Shown in pieces: positions 10,442-20,234 of a DNA stretch of 64,000 nt. Position numbers and translations under genes: made by a program. The notes beneath the pieces were generated by a model. The model saw only the letters and a program-made list of their open reading frames with translations, was not told the origin of the DNA and searched no databases. The DNA comes from Candidatus Saccharimonadota bacterium. Lineage in GTDB: Bacteria > Patescibacteriota > Saccharimonadia > Saccharimonadales > SLHW01. Position 1 is the first letter of the stretch. The number at the start of each line of letters is the position of its first letter. The stretch is taken from contig JAGXIU010000003.1 of the NCBI GenBank assembly GCA_024635455.1, forward strand, positions 354,446-418,445, read 5' to 3'.

Positions 10442-11515
10442 ATGAAGCAGTTAGCGAAGAATAAGCCGTCACGAGCACTCACCATAACTACCCTATTAGC
10501 GCTCATTGTTGGTGCACTTTTTCTGGCTCCATTTTTTGGCATTATCGTTACGTCTTTGATTGTTGCCTTTAGCTTTTCTCCGGTCTACAAGCGTATACAT
10601 GGTCGCGTAAAAAGCGAGCAAGCTGCCGCTGGCCTAACACTCATAGCTGCAATATTAACAGTAGTTGTTCCCATCATACTCGTGGTGAGCGTAACCGTGA
10701 GCCAAGCACGCACGTTATCTACAGACATACAGTCAGTAGTATTAACTGAATCACTACAGGCCAATCCAACAACTGTAATTGACACCGCAGTCGACTACAT
10801 ATCATCACTTACCGGTGGTCTGGTTACATTGGAGCCGAGCCAGATACAAGACACATTGGGCTCAGCTGGGTCACAGCTCGCCAGCCAAAGCGCACAATTA
10901 CTCGGTGGCTTAATAGGTAGTGTGTCTGGAATGATTACAGCGGTGGTATTATTTGTCTATATTTTTCTCGGTGTGCTCTCGCAGCAGAAGGCTTTGATAG
11001 GTTTTATTAAAAAACTCAATCCACTCGGCGATGATGTAGCTGATTTATATCTAAAACGTGCTGGCGCTATGACGAATGGCATGGTTCGCGGTCAATTTAT
11101 TATTGCACTTGCACAAGGTGTTATTGGTGCTATCACACTTTGGATTGCTGGTGTACCGTATATAGCGTTCTTCTTTCTCGCGCTTACATTTTTGTCTATT
11201 ATACCGCTCGGCGGAGGTATCTTGAGTATACCAATTGGTATTGGCTTATTGCTGCTGGGTAACATATGGCAAGGCCTAGTGGTGCTACTAGGTCACTTCT
11301 TACTTGTAGCAAATGTAGATAATCTATTGCGACCAGCCCTCATTCCAAAGGAGGCTCGCCTCCCATCAGCACTAACGCTACTGAGCGTCTTTGCCGGGTT
11401 AGCTACGTTTGGTTTTCTTGGGATTATAGTGGGTCCTATTATTATGATACTCATTGTGACGACGCTGGAAGTTTACGCATCAATTCAAGAAAATAGCTCG
11501 AAAAGCACTGCATAG
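10442..11515 (+). CDS. AI-2E family transporter
   Basis: GQFIIALAQG, LSIIPLGG, VDNLLRP, GFLGIIVGP. Confidence 0.9.
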   Translation: MKQLAKNKPSRALTITTLLALIVGALFLAPFFGIIVTSLIVAFSFSPVYKRIHGRVKSEQAAAGLTLIAAILTVVVPIILVVSVTVSQARTLSTDIQSVVLTESLQANPTTVIDTAVDYISSLTGGLVTLEPSQIQDTLGSAGSQLASQSAQLLGGLIGSVSGMITAVVLFVYIFLGVLSQQKALIGFIKKLNPLGDDVADLYLKRAGAMTNGMVRGQFIIALAQGVIGAITLWIAGVPYIAFFFLALTFLSIIPLGGGILSIPIGIGLLLLGNIWQGLVVLLGHFLLVANVDNLLRPALIPKEARLPSALTLLSVFAGLATFGFLGIIVGPIIMILIVTTLEVYASIQENSSKSTA

Positions 11516-11570
11516 AATAGCTCGATTATTCAACCTTAATAAGAATTCGTATACATAAGACGAGGCGGAC

Positions 11571-11966
11571 ATGCTTAGAACTAAAAGTTTCCTGGACGAA
11601 AAAGAGCCGATCGACGGATTACGTATATCAGTAATGCGCAATCACCTGAAGCCTGGAACATTACAGCCAGACCCTGATATACCGGATGATGCGTATGATT
11701 TATGGAAGCCAAGCTTTGCACCGAAAGTAGGTTTACTCAATGAACTCAGAAATGATGAGATTTCTTGGGAAGACTTTTCTGAGGAGTACCGTGAGTACCT
11801 AAGGCACCCGATGAACGGAGTACGGATGCATCAGCTCGCACAAATTGCGCTAGAAGAGACAGTAACCTTACTTAGTAAAGAAGCGGATCCAGAGCATTCT
11901 TATCGGACTATTATCGCGAATTGCATTAGTCAGCTTTATCCGAAATTAGAAACTGAACTAAAATAA
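11571..11966 (+). CDS. DUF488/YeaO family protein
   Basis: DGLRISVMR, W.PSFAP..LL, WEDFSEEY, VTLL. Confidence 0.85.
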   Translation: MLRTKSFLDEKEPIDGLRISVMRNHLKPGTLQPDPDIPDDAYDLWKPSFAPKVGLLNELRNDEISWEDFSEEYREYLRHPMNGVRMHQLAQIALEETVTLLSKEADPEHSYRTIIANCISQLYPKLETELK

Positions 11967-11973
11967 CCTGGTA

Positions 11974-13815
11974 CTACACTGAAGATTGCTGGCGCCGGAT
12001 ACGCCAATTACGGATATCGTGTCTCCACTCCCAAACACCATAGCCAACAGCAAAGCTCATCATGGCAAGCGCTAATGTCCAGTTAGAGTCATCCTCAACA
12101 GTTGGCACTGCTATGTCTTGTACGCCCATGACATCACTGTTTGGTGTTGCTACATTACGGCAGCGGTTCGTCTCTGGGTTACGCTCCTGGTGAGGCTCGC
12201 ATGGCACAAGATTTGAGCTAGCTGAAGTGATATTGCGGCAGCGGTTCGTTTCCGGGTTTCTTTCCTGGTCTTCATCACATGGCACTAATTGGCGCTGTTG
12301 ACGACCAACAGTTCTACAGCGATTAGTCTGCGGATTTCTTTCCTGATTCGGGCCACATGGAACATAGTTTGGGCCAGAATTTATACTACGACAGCGGTTG
12401 GTTTCTGGATTTCGTTCCTGACCCTCGAGACAGGGTGTTAATGTCTTAGTCTCAGTACTACGACATCGATTTGTCTCTGGGTTACGCTCCTGGTTCTCTT
12501 GTGGGCATGGCTTCAACGGTAACTCCTGGTTATAATTACCTGGAGATATGTCATAGGTTTCCTGCCAGTCATCTTGGCCAAACCAGGCCCAAGCGGCAGC
12601 TTCTGGCATATCTATTGGGTATGTCACGGTCTCTATTTCTTCCTCATCTTGATTAAGCAGGTAGACGGTGCCACTTGGCGAAACCGGTAACTGAATCTGT
12701 GTATCTTCTTCGTAGAATGCAACGTATGTTTCTGGCTGCATAAGAGTATCCTCAAGCCAATAGATATCATCGTTCGCGGTCGTCTGCAGACCACAACCGA
12801 GCAAAGGAATGGCTTCATTAGTCGGATTATAAAGCTCTATGAAAGCGTTTTCTTCACGTGGGAATTCAGACCGCGGACCTTGCGGGTTTGGCAATAGCTC
12901 AGAAAACACCACTCCTTCACAATACAGTTCTTCTACTGCTTCCTCTGTGTCTTCTGCGTCAGTTGTATCATCTGTGGCTTGATCTTCCGTGACAGATTCA
13001 TCATCAGTATGTTGATCAGTCTGAGTTTCTTCGTCTTCATTATCATCAGTTGATGAATCAGTGCTATCATCGTCTTCGCCAGCTTCTTCCTCGGAATTAT
13101 CGTCGACGCCCTCATCGGGTTCGGCCTCTTTGTCATCAGACACTTCATCAGCATTATTAGTCGGTGGTACTTGGTTGATTGGAGATTCCACAGATAGTAC
13201 TTGAAAGTCTGTCATATTGTCATAGGTGTTTTGCGGATCGCCACTATCAGTAAATATTCGCTGCAAGACAGTTCCCCTTTCAGCTGCAGGTGCGGCTACG
13301 CCAAGAGGGCTATCAGCCGCAGCGCCCCAGCCAAGTTGGTCAATCACCCACCAGCTATCTTCCTCTGTAGTATCAGGCATTGAAAGCCTTATATGTCCAC
13401 TGCTCTCGGCAGAGCCAGCTGCAATCTTTGCGTGCGGATCTGCGTCAGGAAATGCATCGAGGTAGTTATTTGAAGCTAGAAAAAGAAAACTATATGGCTC
13501 AACAATAAATGACGCGCCCTCTGCTTGCGTGCTTAATAGTTTATCGCTCCAGTTTCCGCCAGTACCGGGTTTGTACTCTAACCGCCAATCAGATATATCA
13601 ACTGGCTCATCTGTCTCGTTATACAAAACCAAGTACTCACTACTTGCATCAGCCGTACTGCGTGTCTGCAGCTCAACAATATGCAGACCATGATGAACCA
13701 AAACAGGTGTTTCTGTATTTGCGCGAACCGCCGATATGAATTGAAGTGGAATCGCTATTATAAAACTAATAGCCACAATAACAGACGTAACGGTATTCGG
13801 CATACTGCTGGACAT
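11974..13815 (-). CDS. Secreted, membrane-anchored lamin-tail-domain protein with acidic linker and five Cys repeats
   Basis: Signal peptide; EYLVLYN..VDISDWRL and FSELLPNP..FIELYN LTD motifs; CxxxQERNPxTNRCR x5; C-terminal TM. Confidence 0.85.
   Translation of the reverse strand: MSSSMPNTVTSVIVAISFIIAIPLQFISAVRANTETPVLVHHGLHIVELQTRSTADASSEYLVLYNETDEPVDISDWRLEYKPGTGGNWSDKLLSTQAEGASFIVEPYSFLFLASNNYLDAFPDADPHAKIAAGSAESSGHIRLSMPDTTEEDSWWVIDQLGWGAAADSPLGVAAPAAERGTVLQRIFTDSGDPQNTYDNMTDFQVLSVESPINQVPPTNNADEVSDDKEAEPDEGVDDNSEEEAGEDDDSTDSSTDDNEDEETQTDQHTDDESVTEDQATDDTTDAEDTEEAVEELYCEGVVFSELLPNPQGPRSEFPREENAFIELYNPTNEAIPLLGCGLQTTANDDIYWLEDTLMQPETYVAFYEEDTQIQLPVSPSGTVYLLNQDEEEIETVTYPIDMPEAAAWAWFGQDDWQETYDISPGNYNQELPLKPCPQENQERNPETNRCRSTETKTLTPCLEGQERNPETNRCRSINSGPNYVPCGPNQERNPQTNRCRTVGRQQRQLVPCDEDQERNPETNRCRNITSASSNLVPCEPHQERNPETNRCRNVATPNSDVMGVQDIAVPTVEDDSNWTLALAMMSFAVGYGVWEWRHDIRNWRIRRQQSSV
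12157..12507 (-). repeat. Five tandem ~25-aa repeats C-x3/4-QERNP(E/Q)TNRCR
   Basis: Visible in the translation of 11974-13815. Confidence 0.9.
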
Positions 13816-13942
13816 GGTACCTTCTATAAAAATAAATGCAAATGACTAAAACATCAGACAAAAAAGTGCATGGTATAGTGTTACGTAAGACTGCCATGAA
13901 CTGGTAGTTAAAGATTCATTAAAAAAAGAAGGGTTTAATCAT

Positions 13943-14512
13943 ATGCTAAAGAAAATAATTGACGAAACCAAAGATGCAGTAGTTTCTGCAGTACAAGGAG
14001 TAGATGACATCCTTAGTGCTATTACTGGTGCGGTAAAAAATCAGGTCGTAAGTGTATTAAATGGAGTCGGCGAAGTTGGTGGGTCTGCCATAGAAGCAGT
14101 TGCCTCAATTACTAGCGGCGCCATTAAAGGAGCTGGTGACGTTGGCGAATCAGCTACTGATACGATTTCAAACACAATGAGTGGTGTCGTAAAGGGCGCC
14201 AGTGAAGTTGGTACATCAGTAATTGACGCTGTCCGTGGTGGCGTTCAAGGTATCGTTCAGGCGACAGCAGAAACGGGTGGAGATGTTGGAGAGGCAGCAG
14301 TATCAGCAGTCCGTGGTGCGATTAAAGCTGCTGGTGAGGCCGGTACTGATACAGCTGAGGCTACAAAGTCAGCAGTTGGTGGCGCTCTAGACGCTGCTAC
14401 AACAGTCGGTGGTGATGCAGTCGAAAAAGTTCGAGATGCATTGCTCTCAACCGCAGAACTACCGCGAGATGTCATCGAATCTGCTCTAAAAGGTTCTGAC
14501 AAAGATCAATAA
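13943..14512 (+). CDS. Gly/Ala/Val-rich protein with 22-residue amphipathic repeats
   Basis: Periodic units such as ITSGAIKGAGDVGESATDTISN and AVRGAIKAAGEAGTDTAEATKS; followed by a terminator. Confidence 0.8.
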   Translation: MLKKIIDETKDAVVSAVQGVDDILSAITGAVKNQVVSVLNGVGEVGGSAIEAVASITSGAIKGAGDVGESATDTISNTMSGVVKGASEVGTSVIDAVRGGVQGIVQATAETGGDVGEAAVSAVRGAIKAAGEAGTDTAEATKSAVGGALDAATTVGGDAVEKVRDALLSTAELPRDVIESALKGSDKDQ

Positions 14513-14528
14513 AGATACGTATTCTTAC

Positions 14529-14561
14529 AAAATAACCCCTGCTTCAGGGGTTATTTTTTTT
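14529..14561 (+). terminator. Intrinsic terminator
   Basis: AAAATAACCCCTG-CTT-CAGGGGTTATTTTTTTT. Confidence 0.85.
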
Positions 14562-14614
14562 GTTACAGCGGAGACTGAAGTGCGAAAGTCGATTTAGTGG
14601 TTTATACTGTAGAT

Positions 14615-15289
14615 ATGAGCCAAATTTATTGCAGTAATTGCGGCAAGCTGATTCGATCATCATCAAACTTTTGCCAATTTTGCGGCGCTGCACAGCATGG
14701 TGAAGTAGCAATGTCACAAAAAATTACAGCCCAACGTCAGCCTCGTACCCCGAATAATGATTCTATTATCAATCCAGAAGAATGCATCGCTAAACGACGA
14801 CTATGCCAGCGTGCAGTTTGGTCGTTTTTCCTAAGTTACGTCGGAAAAACTAGCCTACTCTTAGTACTGTTCCTTATTGGAATTGCTTTCGAGCCGATAC
14901 TGTTTGGTTCTGTATTGATTGTCTATGTATTATTACTCTATTTAGCAGCAGTTATTGTTCGACAAAATTACTACTTTGAAGTAAACACGTCATCTTTCCG
15001 AAAAGAGCATGGTGTCATCCATAAAATTGATGTAACTATACCGTTTAACCGGATCCAGAATGTCAATGTAACACGCAGTTTAGGCGATAGGATATTAGGC
15101 TTAGCCCGAATCGATATAGAATCAGCAGGAAGTTCACACACAAATACACAAAATAGACTTAATAGTAGTGGCTCATTAGCAGAAGGCCACCTTCCTGGTG
15201 TCACATTAACTCAAGCCGAAGAAATACACGATTTATTGCTAGACCGATTTAGCAAAATCCAAAACAACAACCAGCGAACAAGCCCTTAA
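14615..15289 (+). CDS. Zinc-ribbon + bacterial PH (bPH_2/YdbS-like) membrane protein
   Basis: CSNCG..FCQFCG; two TM; TIPFNRIQNVNV..RILGLARIDIESAG. Confidence 0.8.
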   Translation: MSQIYCSNCGKLIRSSSNFCQFCGAAQHGEVAMSQKITAQRQPRTPNNDSIINPEECIAKRRLCQRAVWSFFLSYVGKTSLLLVLFLIGIAFEPILFGSVLIVYVLLLYLAAVIVRQNYYFEVNTSSFRKEHGVIHKIDVTIPFNRIQNVNVTRSLGDRILGLARIDIESAGSSHTNTQNRLNSSGSLAEGHLPGVTLTQAEEIHDLLLDRFSKIQNNNQRTSP

Positions 15290-15318
15290 TTCATCCTTCT
15301 GTGACGAGTATAGTCGGA

Positions 15319-16002
15319 TTAACTGTCTTTTCGTTGTATCTCTTCGTAAAGAAAGTAGTTGCTGGCCAAGCCGACAACTGCTCCGAGTAAAGCTACACCA
15401 AATACCATCAAAAACATAGCAGTTACCCGACCGGCGTGCGTGACCGGATAAATATCTCCGTAGCCTACGCTCGTTGCTGTGACGACTGCCCACCATAGCG
15501 CGTCAAAATACGTATTTATATGGTAGTTTAGCGAAGATTCAAACATATAAAAAGCCGATGATGCGACAAATATAACAATCGTTGAGAATAAAGCGATAAA
15601 GATGTAGCGCGAACTATTGCGCGAGATATGCTCGGTTGTCTCACTTAGCTTACGGATTCGTGCATACAGTCGAACGGTTCGCATCAGCCGTATCAATTGG
15701 ACTGAACGTAGAGCCTGGTACGTTCCGCCGGTGATTGGGATTGAAGCGAGGAGTAAATACCAATTCTGTTTGAAATATTTTTTTCGGTTCGACGCCGTAA
15801 AAAATTCATACATAAAGTCTGCTAAAAATACAAAAGCAATAAATATATCGAGTGTATATACTACCCGTAACTGAGCGTTACTAAACTCTGAGCTCAATTC
15901 CAAAACAAGCATAGCTGCTGAGAGAATGGCTAATCCGCTTATAGCAACATCACGTGCTATTGATTGCCGATGTGGAAGCAACTGAACGACAAGTTTTTTC
16001 AT
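15319..16002 (-). CDS. Potassium channel (voltage-gated-like ion transport protein)
   Basis: DALWWAVVTATSVGYGDIYP selectivity filter; Arg-rich S4 helix. Confidence 0.9.
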   Translation of the reverse strand: MKKLVVQLLPHRQSIARDVAISGLAILSAAMLVLELSSEFSNAQLRVVYTLDIFIAFVFLADFMYEFFTASNRKKYFKQNWYLLLASIPITGGTYQALRSVQLIRLMRTVRLYARIRKLSETTEHISRNSSRYIFIALFSTIVIFVASSAFYMFESSLNYHINTYFDALWWAVVTATSVGYGDIYPVTHAGRVTAMFLMVFGVALLGAVVGLASNYFLYEEIQRKDS

Positions 16003-16042
16003 GTAACTATTATAGCAATGTAGTGGATTTTTTTCATAAACG

Positions 16043-16384
16043 CTAACAGGGTACTTGACCGCCGCGTCTATCAGGCTGACCCACCTTATCTGATGAATAA
16101 TCCCTCACGACCGAACTTTCGCATGCTGACAAACCAATCGTTCTCTCAAGACGCTGACGGACACATGTGACAGCTTCCTCACTCGGTGTAAACTCCCTGT
16201 TTAGGTGCTGCAAGCTACTAGTAACCTGAAATACCAGCTCATCTAGGTCATCCTGACTTGTAACATCATAGACACGAGCAAGGTCATTAAGCGCGTCAGA
16301 AAATAAAATATCTTTTGTAGGATTTTCTGCTTTACTAACTGGTTCTTGGCGTTGTTGGCTTAGCCCCTTTTCTGGCATATGCAT
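16043..16384 (-). CDS. Hypothetical protein
   Basis: ORF preceded by an AAGGAG RBS. Confidence 0.55.
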   Translation of the reverse strand: MHMPEKGLSQQRQEPVSKAENPTKDILFSDALNDLARVYDVTSQDDLDELVFQVTSSLQHLNREFTPSEEAVTCVRQRLERTIGLSACESSVVRDYSSDKVGQPDRRGGQVPC

Positions 16385-16407
16385 GGGTAGTTCTCCTTTT
16401 TCAAATT

Positions 16408-16445
16408 AAAAATCCGAGGTTCCTGTTGTGCGGAAGCCTCGGATT
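16408..16445 (-). terminator. Intrinsic terminator/attenuator hairpin
   Basis: AATCCGAGG(C)TTCC..GGAACCTCGGATT followed by a T-tract on the minus strand. Confidence 0.7.
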
Positions 16446-16466
16446 ATATTTCTATTTGTCGTATTT

Positions 16467-16562
16467 TTAGGAAGCTTCAGTACGCACTTGAGCGCCAATA
16501 ATAATACCACTTGTTAGATTTGTGGTTTGGTAAGATTGGGCTGGTGCGAACTGAGCTACCAT
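16467..16562 (-). CDS. Candidate 31-aa small protein/leader peptide MVAQFAPAQSYQTTNLTSGIIIGAQVRTEAS
   Basis: Short ORF between a TTGACT..TAAATA promoter-like element and a terminator. Confidence 0.35.
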   Translation of the reverse strand: MVAQFAPAQSYQTTNLTSGIIIGAQVRTEAS

Positions 16563-16603
16563 AGGTACATATTTACACGGCGCACCCGCTAAGTCAATAT
16601 GGT

Positions 16604-17011
16604 TCATGGACCATCTGTTGAGTGAGTCGCGTATGTATATACAACAGCTGCTACGAAACCAGTTATAAGACCGCCCCACAAAACATCAATCACTACTATG
16701 TGTGGCGGCCAAGCAGAAATTGTTGCGTAATTCGTTAATTCGTACGTGCCGTATGCCAGCATCCCTAGAATAGACCCCTTTATGAGCGTCTGAAGAACAG
16801 AAAGCTTGGCTTGCGCGGCTGGCTTTATTACTAATATAACGATACCGATTGCATACGCAATATAGAATACCGCAGCAGCTAGCAACCTGGGCGAATCACT
16901 AATTATGGACTCGAGAGCTGGTTGATATACCAATGGAGTCATAGCACTCAACCATACTGCATCAATACCGAGAAAAAGCGTGATTGCCAACCCGTATACT
17001 GATAATTTCAT
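16604..17011 (-). CDS. DUF2177 family membrane protein
   Basis: LFLGIDAVWL, AAVFY, YGTYELTNYATISAWP..VVIDVLWG. Confidence 0.85.
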   Translation of the reverse strand: MKLSVYGLAITLFLGIDAVWLSAMTPLVYQPALESIISDSPRLLAAAVFYIAYAIGIVILVIKPAAQAKLSVLQTLIKGSILGMLAYGTYELTNYATISAWPPHIVVIDVLWGGLITGFVAAVVYTYATHSTDGP

Positions 17012-17093
17012 ATGTTCATATGGTACCATCGCCGGTGGTTTTGTCATATTTGTTACCATGGTAGTACTAAGCTAGATAATATAGAGGAGACGT

Positions 17094-17726
17094 ATGCGCG
17101 TATCATTTTTTGTTGACCCAAGTTGTCCATTCTGCTGGATCACGAGCCGTTGGCTGAGTGAGATAGCAGAAGAACGTAATATAGAAATCAGTTGGGAGCT
17201 TTTTAGTCTCGCCTACAAAAACGATGAACTGAGCAGTGAGACATCTGGAGGCAAAACACAAGGCCACCTTGCCGGGCAACGCATCTTGCGTGTCATGGAG
17301 CAAGCATCTGCAGAAGGCGCTTCAATCGCATCACTCTACCGTGATTTTGGTAAACTACGATTTATTGATAATAAAGCCTATGATAACCAAGCTATTCAAA
17401 CAGTACTGGCCAAAAATAACTTACCAGAACAGTTATTAGAAGCCGCTGATGACACGTCAATTGATGAGAGAATAATTGCATCGACTGATCAGGCCGCAGC
17501 AGTTGTTGGCGATGACATCGGTGTGCCAACAATCGTTTTTCATCAGGATGATGGTTCTCGGCGTGGTTTTTTCGGCCCTGTGCTAACAAAACTACCCAGT
17601 ACAGAAGAAGGGCTTCAGTTATGGGATGGATTGGTCTCGCTGGTGACAGTCACGGCGTTTTGTGAGCTTAAGCGCGGTAGAGATAGCGACCTAGATACAA
17701 CATCTACTGCTCGTCTATTTTCGTAA
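17094..17726 (+). CDS. DsbA-like thioredoxin-fold protein (Rv2466c-like)
   Basis: FFVDPSCPFCWITSRW, VGDDIGVPTI, GFFGPV, F.ELKR. Confidence 0.85.
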   Translation: MRVSFFVDPSCPFCWITSRWLSEIAEERNIEISWELFSLAYKNDELSSETSGGKTQGHLAGQRILRVMEQASAEGASIASLYRDFGKLRFIDNKAYDNQAIQTVLAKNNLPEQLLEAADDTSIDERIIASTDQAAAVVGDDIGVPTIVFHQDDGSRRGFFGPVLTKLPSTEEGLQLWDGLVSLVTVTAFCELKRGRDSDLDTTSTARLFS

Positions 17727-17749
17727 CTCAGTAGTTAAAGACCAATTTC

Positions 17750-18052
17750 TTAAATATGCGTAATGCGTGTTTGCAGCACGCTCTCGTATTCCGGGAAGTA
17801 ACGGCTAATGATAGGCAAATCAAATGTATCGAGAATAGCTTGTTGAGGTTCATGCTCGAGTAAAAACATAAATGACTCTCTGATTAGCCTATCAGGTAAA
17901 ACTGCTCCGTTGGTTAATTGCTTATAGTATTGCTCATTGAGCGAAACTGTGTGATTCGTAGTATTAGAGTCTCGACCGATAATGGTAACTCGAAACAGTG
18001 CATCAGGAAACTCTTGCAGTTTCTTGATTGTAATGTCTGTCTTCTGCGGCAT
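17750..18052 (-). CDS. Conserved hypothetical protein
   Basis: LIRESFMFLLEHEP..IL..FDLPIISRYFPEYE pattern. Confidence 0.7.
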   Translation of the reverse strand: MPQKTDITIKKLQEFPDALFRVTIIGRDSNTTNHTVSLNEQYYKQLTNGAVLPDRLIRESFMFLLEHEPQQAILDTFDLPIISRYFPEYESVLQTRITHI

Positions 18053-18058
18053 TGTAAG

Positions 18059-19327
18059 CTATGACTTGTTTATAGTTTGATTTCTATCAGGGCCAACCGA
18101 AACAGCTGAGATAGGGAGACTGATTTTATCCTCAATATATGCAATGTAGTCACGCATCTGTTCAGGAATGTCTTTCCATTTTTCTATTTTAGTTATGTCG
18201 TCTTTCCAGCCTGGAAACGCCTTATAAACTGGCTCTGTGAATTCGTTCATATCAAATGGCACTGTATCCTGCTTCTGCCCATCTCGAATATACTGCTCAC
18301 ACACCTTAACCTCTTCAAAACCAGATAATACATCGCCCTTCATCATATATAGCTCGGTTACGCCGCTTAGCATACAGGCATATTTCAGTGCAACGATATC
18401 TAGCCAACCACAACGGCGTTCCCTGCCAGTAGTAGCGCCGAATTCATTGCCTTGCCGTTGAATTGCTTCGCCGATGTCTCCGTCAAGTTCGGTCGGGAAT
18501 AATCCGCCGCCTACTCGTGTGCAGTAGGCTTTAAATACTCCAAATACTGAGCCAATGTCACTTGGAGCAATACCCAAACCTGTACACGCACCGCTCGCAA
18601 TAGTTGTCGATGAAGTTACATATGGATATGAGCCGAACTCAATATCGAGTAATGTGCCTTGAGCACCTTCAGCTAAGATTCGCTTTCCAGCATCCAACTG
18701 CTCTCTGAGATAATATTCACTATCCACTATTTGGAGTGAGCGCAACAGCTCAATGGCCCCATACCAGTGCTCCATACTGGCCTCGATATCATGGGGGAAG
18801 CCCATCCAGTCAAGTAATTCAATATGCTTTTTGATAAGTTTCTGTAACTTATCTTCAAAGTCAGGTAATAATATATCGCCAACCCTGATGCCACTGCGAG
18901 CCATCTTGTCGGTATAAGTAGGTCCGATGCCGCGCAGTGTACTACCTATAGCTGCTTTGCCTTTGCGTTTTTCGTGTGCTGCATCAAGTAATTTATGAGT
19001 TGGCAAAATTAAATGCGTTTTTTTTGAAATAAGTAGCTTGTTACTTACGTCTACCTGAGCCAATTTAAGCATGGCGACTTCTTCTTGTAATACGAGTGGA
19101 TCAAGAACGACACCGTTACCTATCAGATTAATGGTCTCATCTTGAAATATTCCAGAAGGTATAGAATGTAGAACGTATTTCTTATCATCAAATACAAGCG
19201 TATGTCCTGCATTTGGCCCGCCCTGAAATCGGGCTACAATATCATAGTCACGCGCCAGGACGTCGACAATCTTGCCCTTACCTTCATCGCCCCACTGCAA
19301 CCCTAATAATACGTCTACTTTGCTCAC
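18059..19327 (-). CDS. purA: Adenylosuccinate synthetase
   Basis: QWGDEGKGK, GGPNAGHT, EGAQG, GATTGRERRCGWLD, SVGPDR. Confidence 0.97.
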   Translation of the reverse strand: MSKVDVLLGLQWGDEGKGKIVDVLARDYDIVARFQGGPNAGHTLVFDDKKYVLHSIPSGIFQDETINLIGNGVVLDPLVLQEEVAMLKLAQVDVSNKLLISKKTHLILPTHKLLDAAHEKRKGKAAIGSTLRGIGPTYTDKMARSGIRVGDILLPDFEDKLQKLIKKHIELLDWMGFPHDIEASMEHWYGAIELLRSLQIVDSEYYLREQLDAGKRILAEGAQGTLLDIEFGSYPYVTSSTTIASGACTGLGIAPSDIGSVFGVFKAYCTRVGGGLFPTELDGDIGEAIQRQGNEFGATTGRERRCGWLDIVALKYACMLSGVTELYMMKGDVLSGFEEVKVCEQYIRDGQKQDTVPFDMNEFTEPVYKAFPGWKDDITKIEKWKDIPEQMRDYIAYIEDKISLPISAVSVGPDRNQTINKS

Positions 19328-19369
19328 AAATATTAGTATACCAGCTCAAAACGACTTATTGCCTATTTA

Positions 19370-19612
19370 TTAAATCTCAAACTTCTGTACGTGATCGTTT
19401 AGGTTGCTCAAAAATTCCTTGGCCTGCTTCCGGGTCAGAGAAACCCGAGCGACAATATGTTGTTGCTCAGGTTGTGGTAAAGCCTGCGCAAAGTTTAGCG
19501 TTACAACATGTTCGTTTGAGCCAATCAAGTACGAATCAGCATGTAATACCGGTGTTTTATTGGGGTCTAAGTTAAAGTTTACTTTCTTTTTATCATCTTT
19601 GGGCTTGTCCAT
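19370..19612 (-). CDS. Small DUF3467-like protein
   Basis: PVLHADS..VTLNFAQ..IVARVSLT..AKEF pattern. Confidence 0.6.
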   Translation of the reverse strand: MDKPKDDKKKVNFNLDPNKTPVLHADSYLIGSNEHVVTLNFAQALPQPEQQHIVARVSLTRKQAKEFLSNLNDHVQKFEI

Positions 19613-19670
19613 AAGAACTCCTTTATTTACTAGCTCTTCGTATCATAGCAGGAGAAGGTATACTTAAGCT

Positions 19671-20234
19671 ATGAACAAAGATGATCATATAGATGAGCGT
19701 TTAAAAGAGAATGGCGACCCACGCAATGTTATAGATAAATACAAAACGTGGCGCGTCAGCGCAATCAAGTCAGACTTAGCGGAACAAGCATTCCCGCTTC
19801 ACGTTGCAATTGAAAACTATCAGCACGACTATAATATCGGCTCAATCGTACGGAGCGCTAACGCCTGTAACGTCTCTGGTGTTCATATTATTGGGAAGCG
19901 ACACTGGAATCGCCGTGGTGCCATGGCAACAGAGAAATATTTAGAACTGTATCATCATGCATCAGTTTCAGATTTTCTAGATTGGACAAAGAAACAAAAT
20001 CTATCCGTTATCGGCATTGATAATATTCCGGGCAGCACATCACTACATAAGGCCGACCTGCCGAAACACGCTGTCTACGTGTTTGGTCAAGAGGGACCTG
20101 GCCTGTCAGAAGAAATGACCAAAGCGTGCCGAACAATCATTGCAATTGAACAGTTCGGCTCAACTCGATCAGTAAATGTTGGTGTAGCCGCAGGCATAAT
20201 ACTCTATCAATGGCTACAGCAGAACGTCCTCTAA
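19671..20234 (+). CDS. TrmH/SpoU family RNA methyltransferase
   Basis: ENYQHDYNIGSIVRSAN, FGQEGPGLS, QFGSTRSVNVGVAAGI. Confidence 0.9.
   Translation: MNKDDHIDERLKENGDPRNVIDKYKTWRVSAIKSDLAEQAFPLHVAIENYQHDYNIGSIVRSANACNVSGVHIIGKRHWNRRGAMATEKYLELYHHASVSDFLDWTKKQNLSVIGIDNIPGSTSLHKADLPKHAVYVFGQEGPGLSEEMTKACRTIIAIEQFGSTRSVNVGVAAGIILYQWLQQNVL

Noticed and set aside
16542..16548. TGGTGCG as another att scar
   Set aside because: A 7-mer with no flanking element or tRNA sequence; expected by chance.
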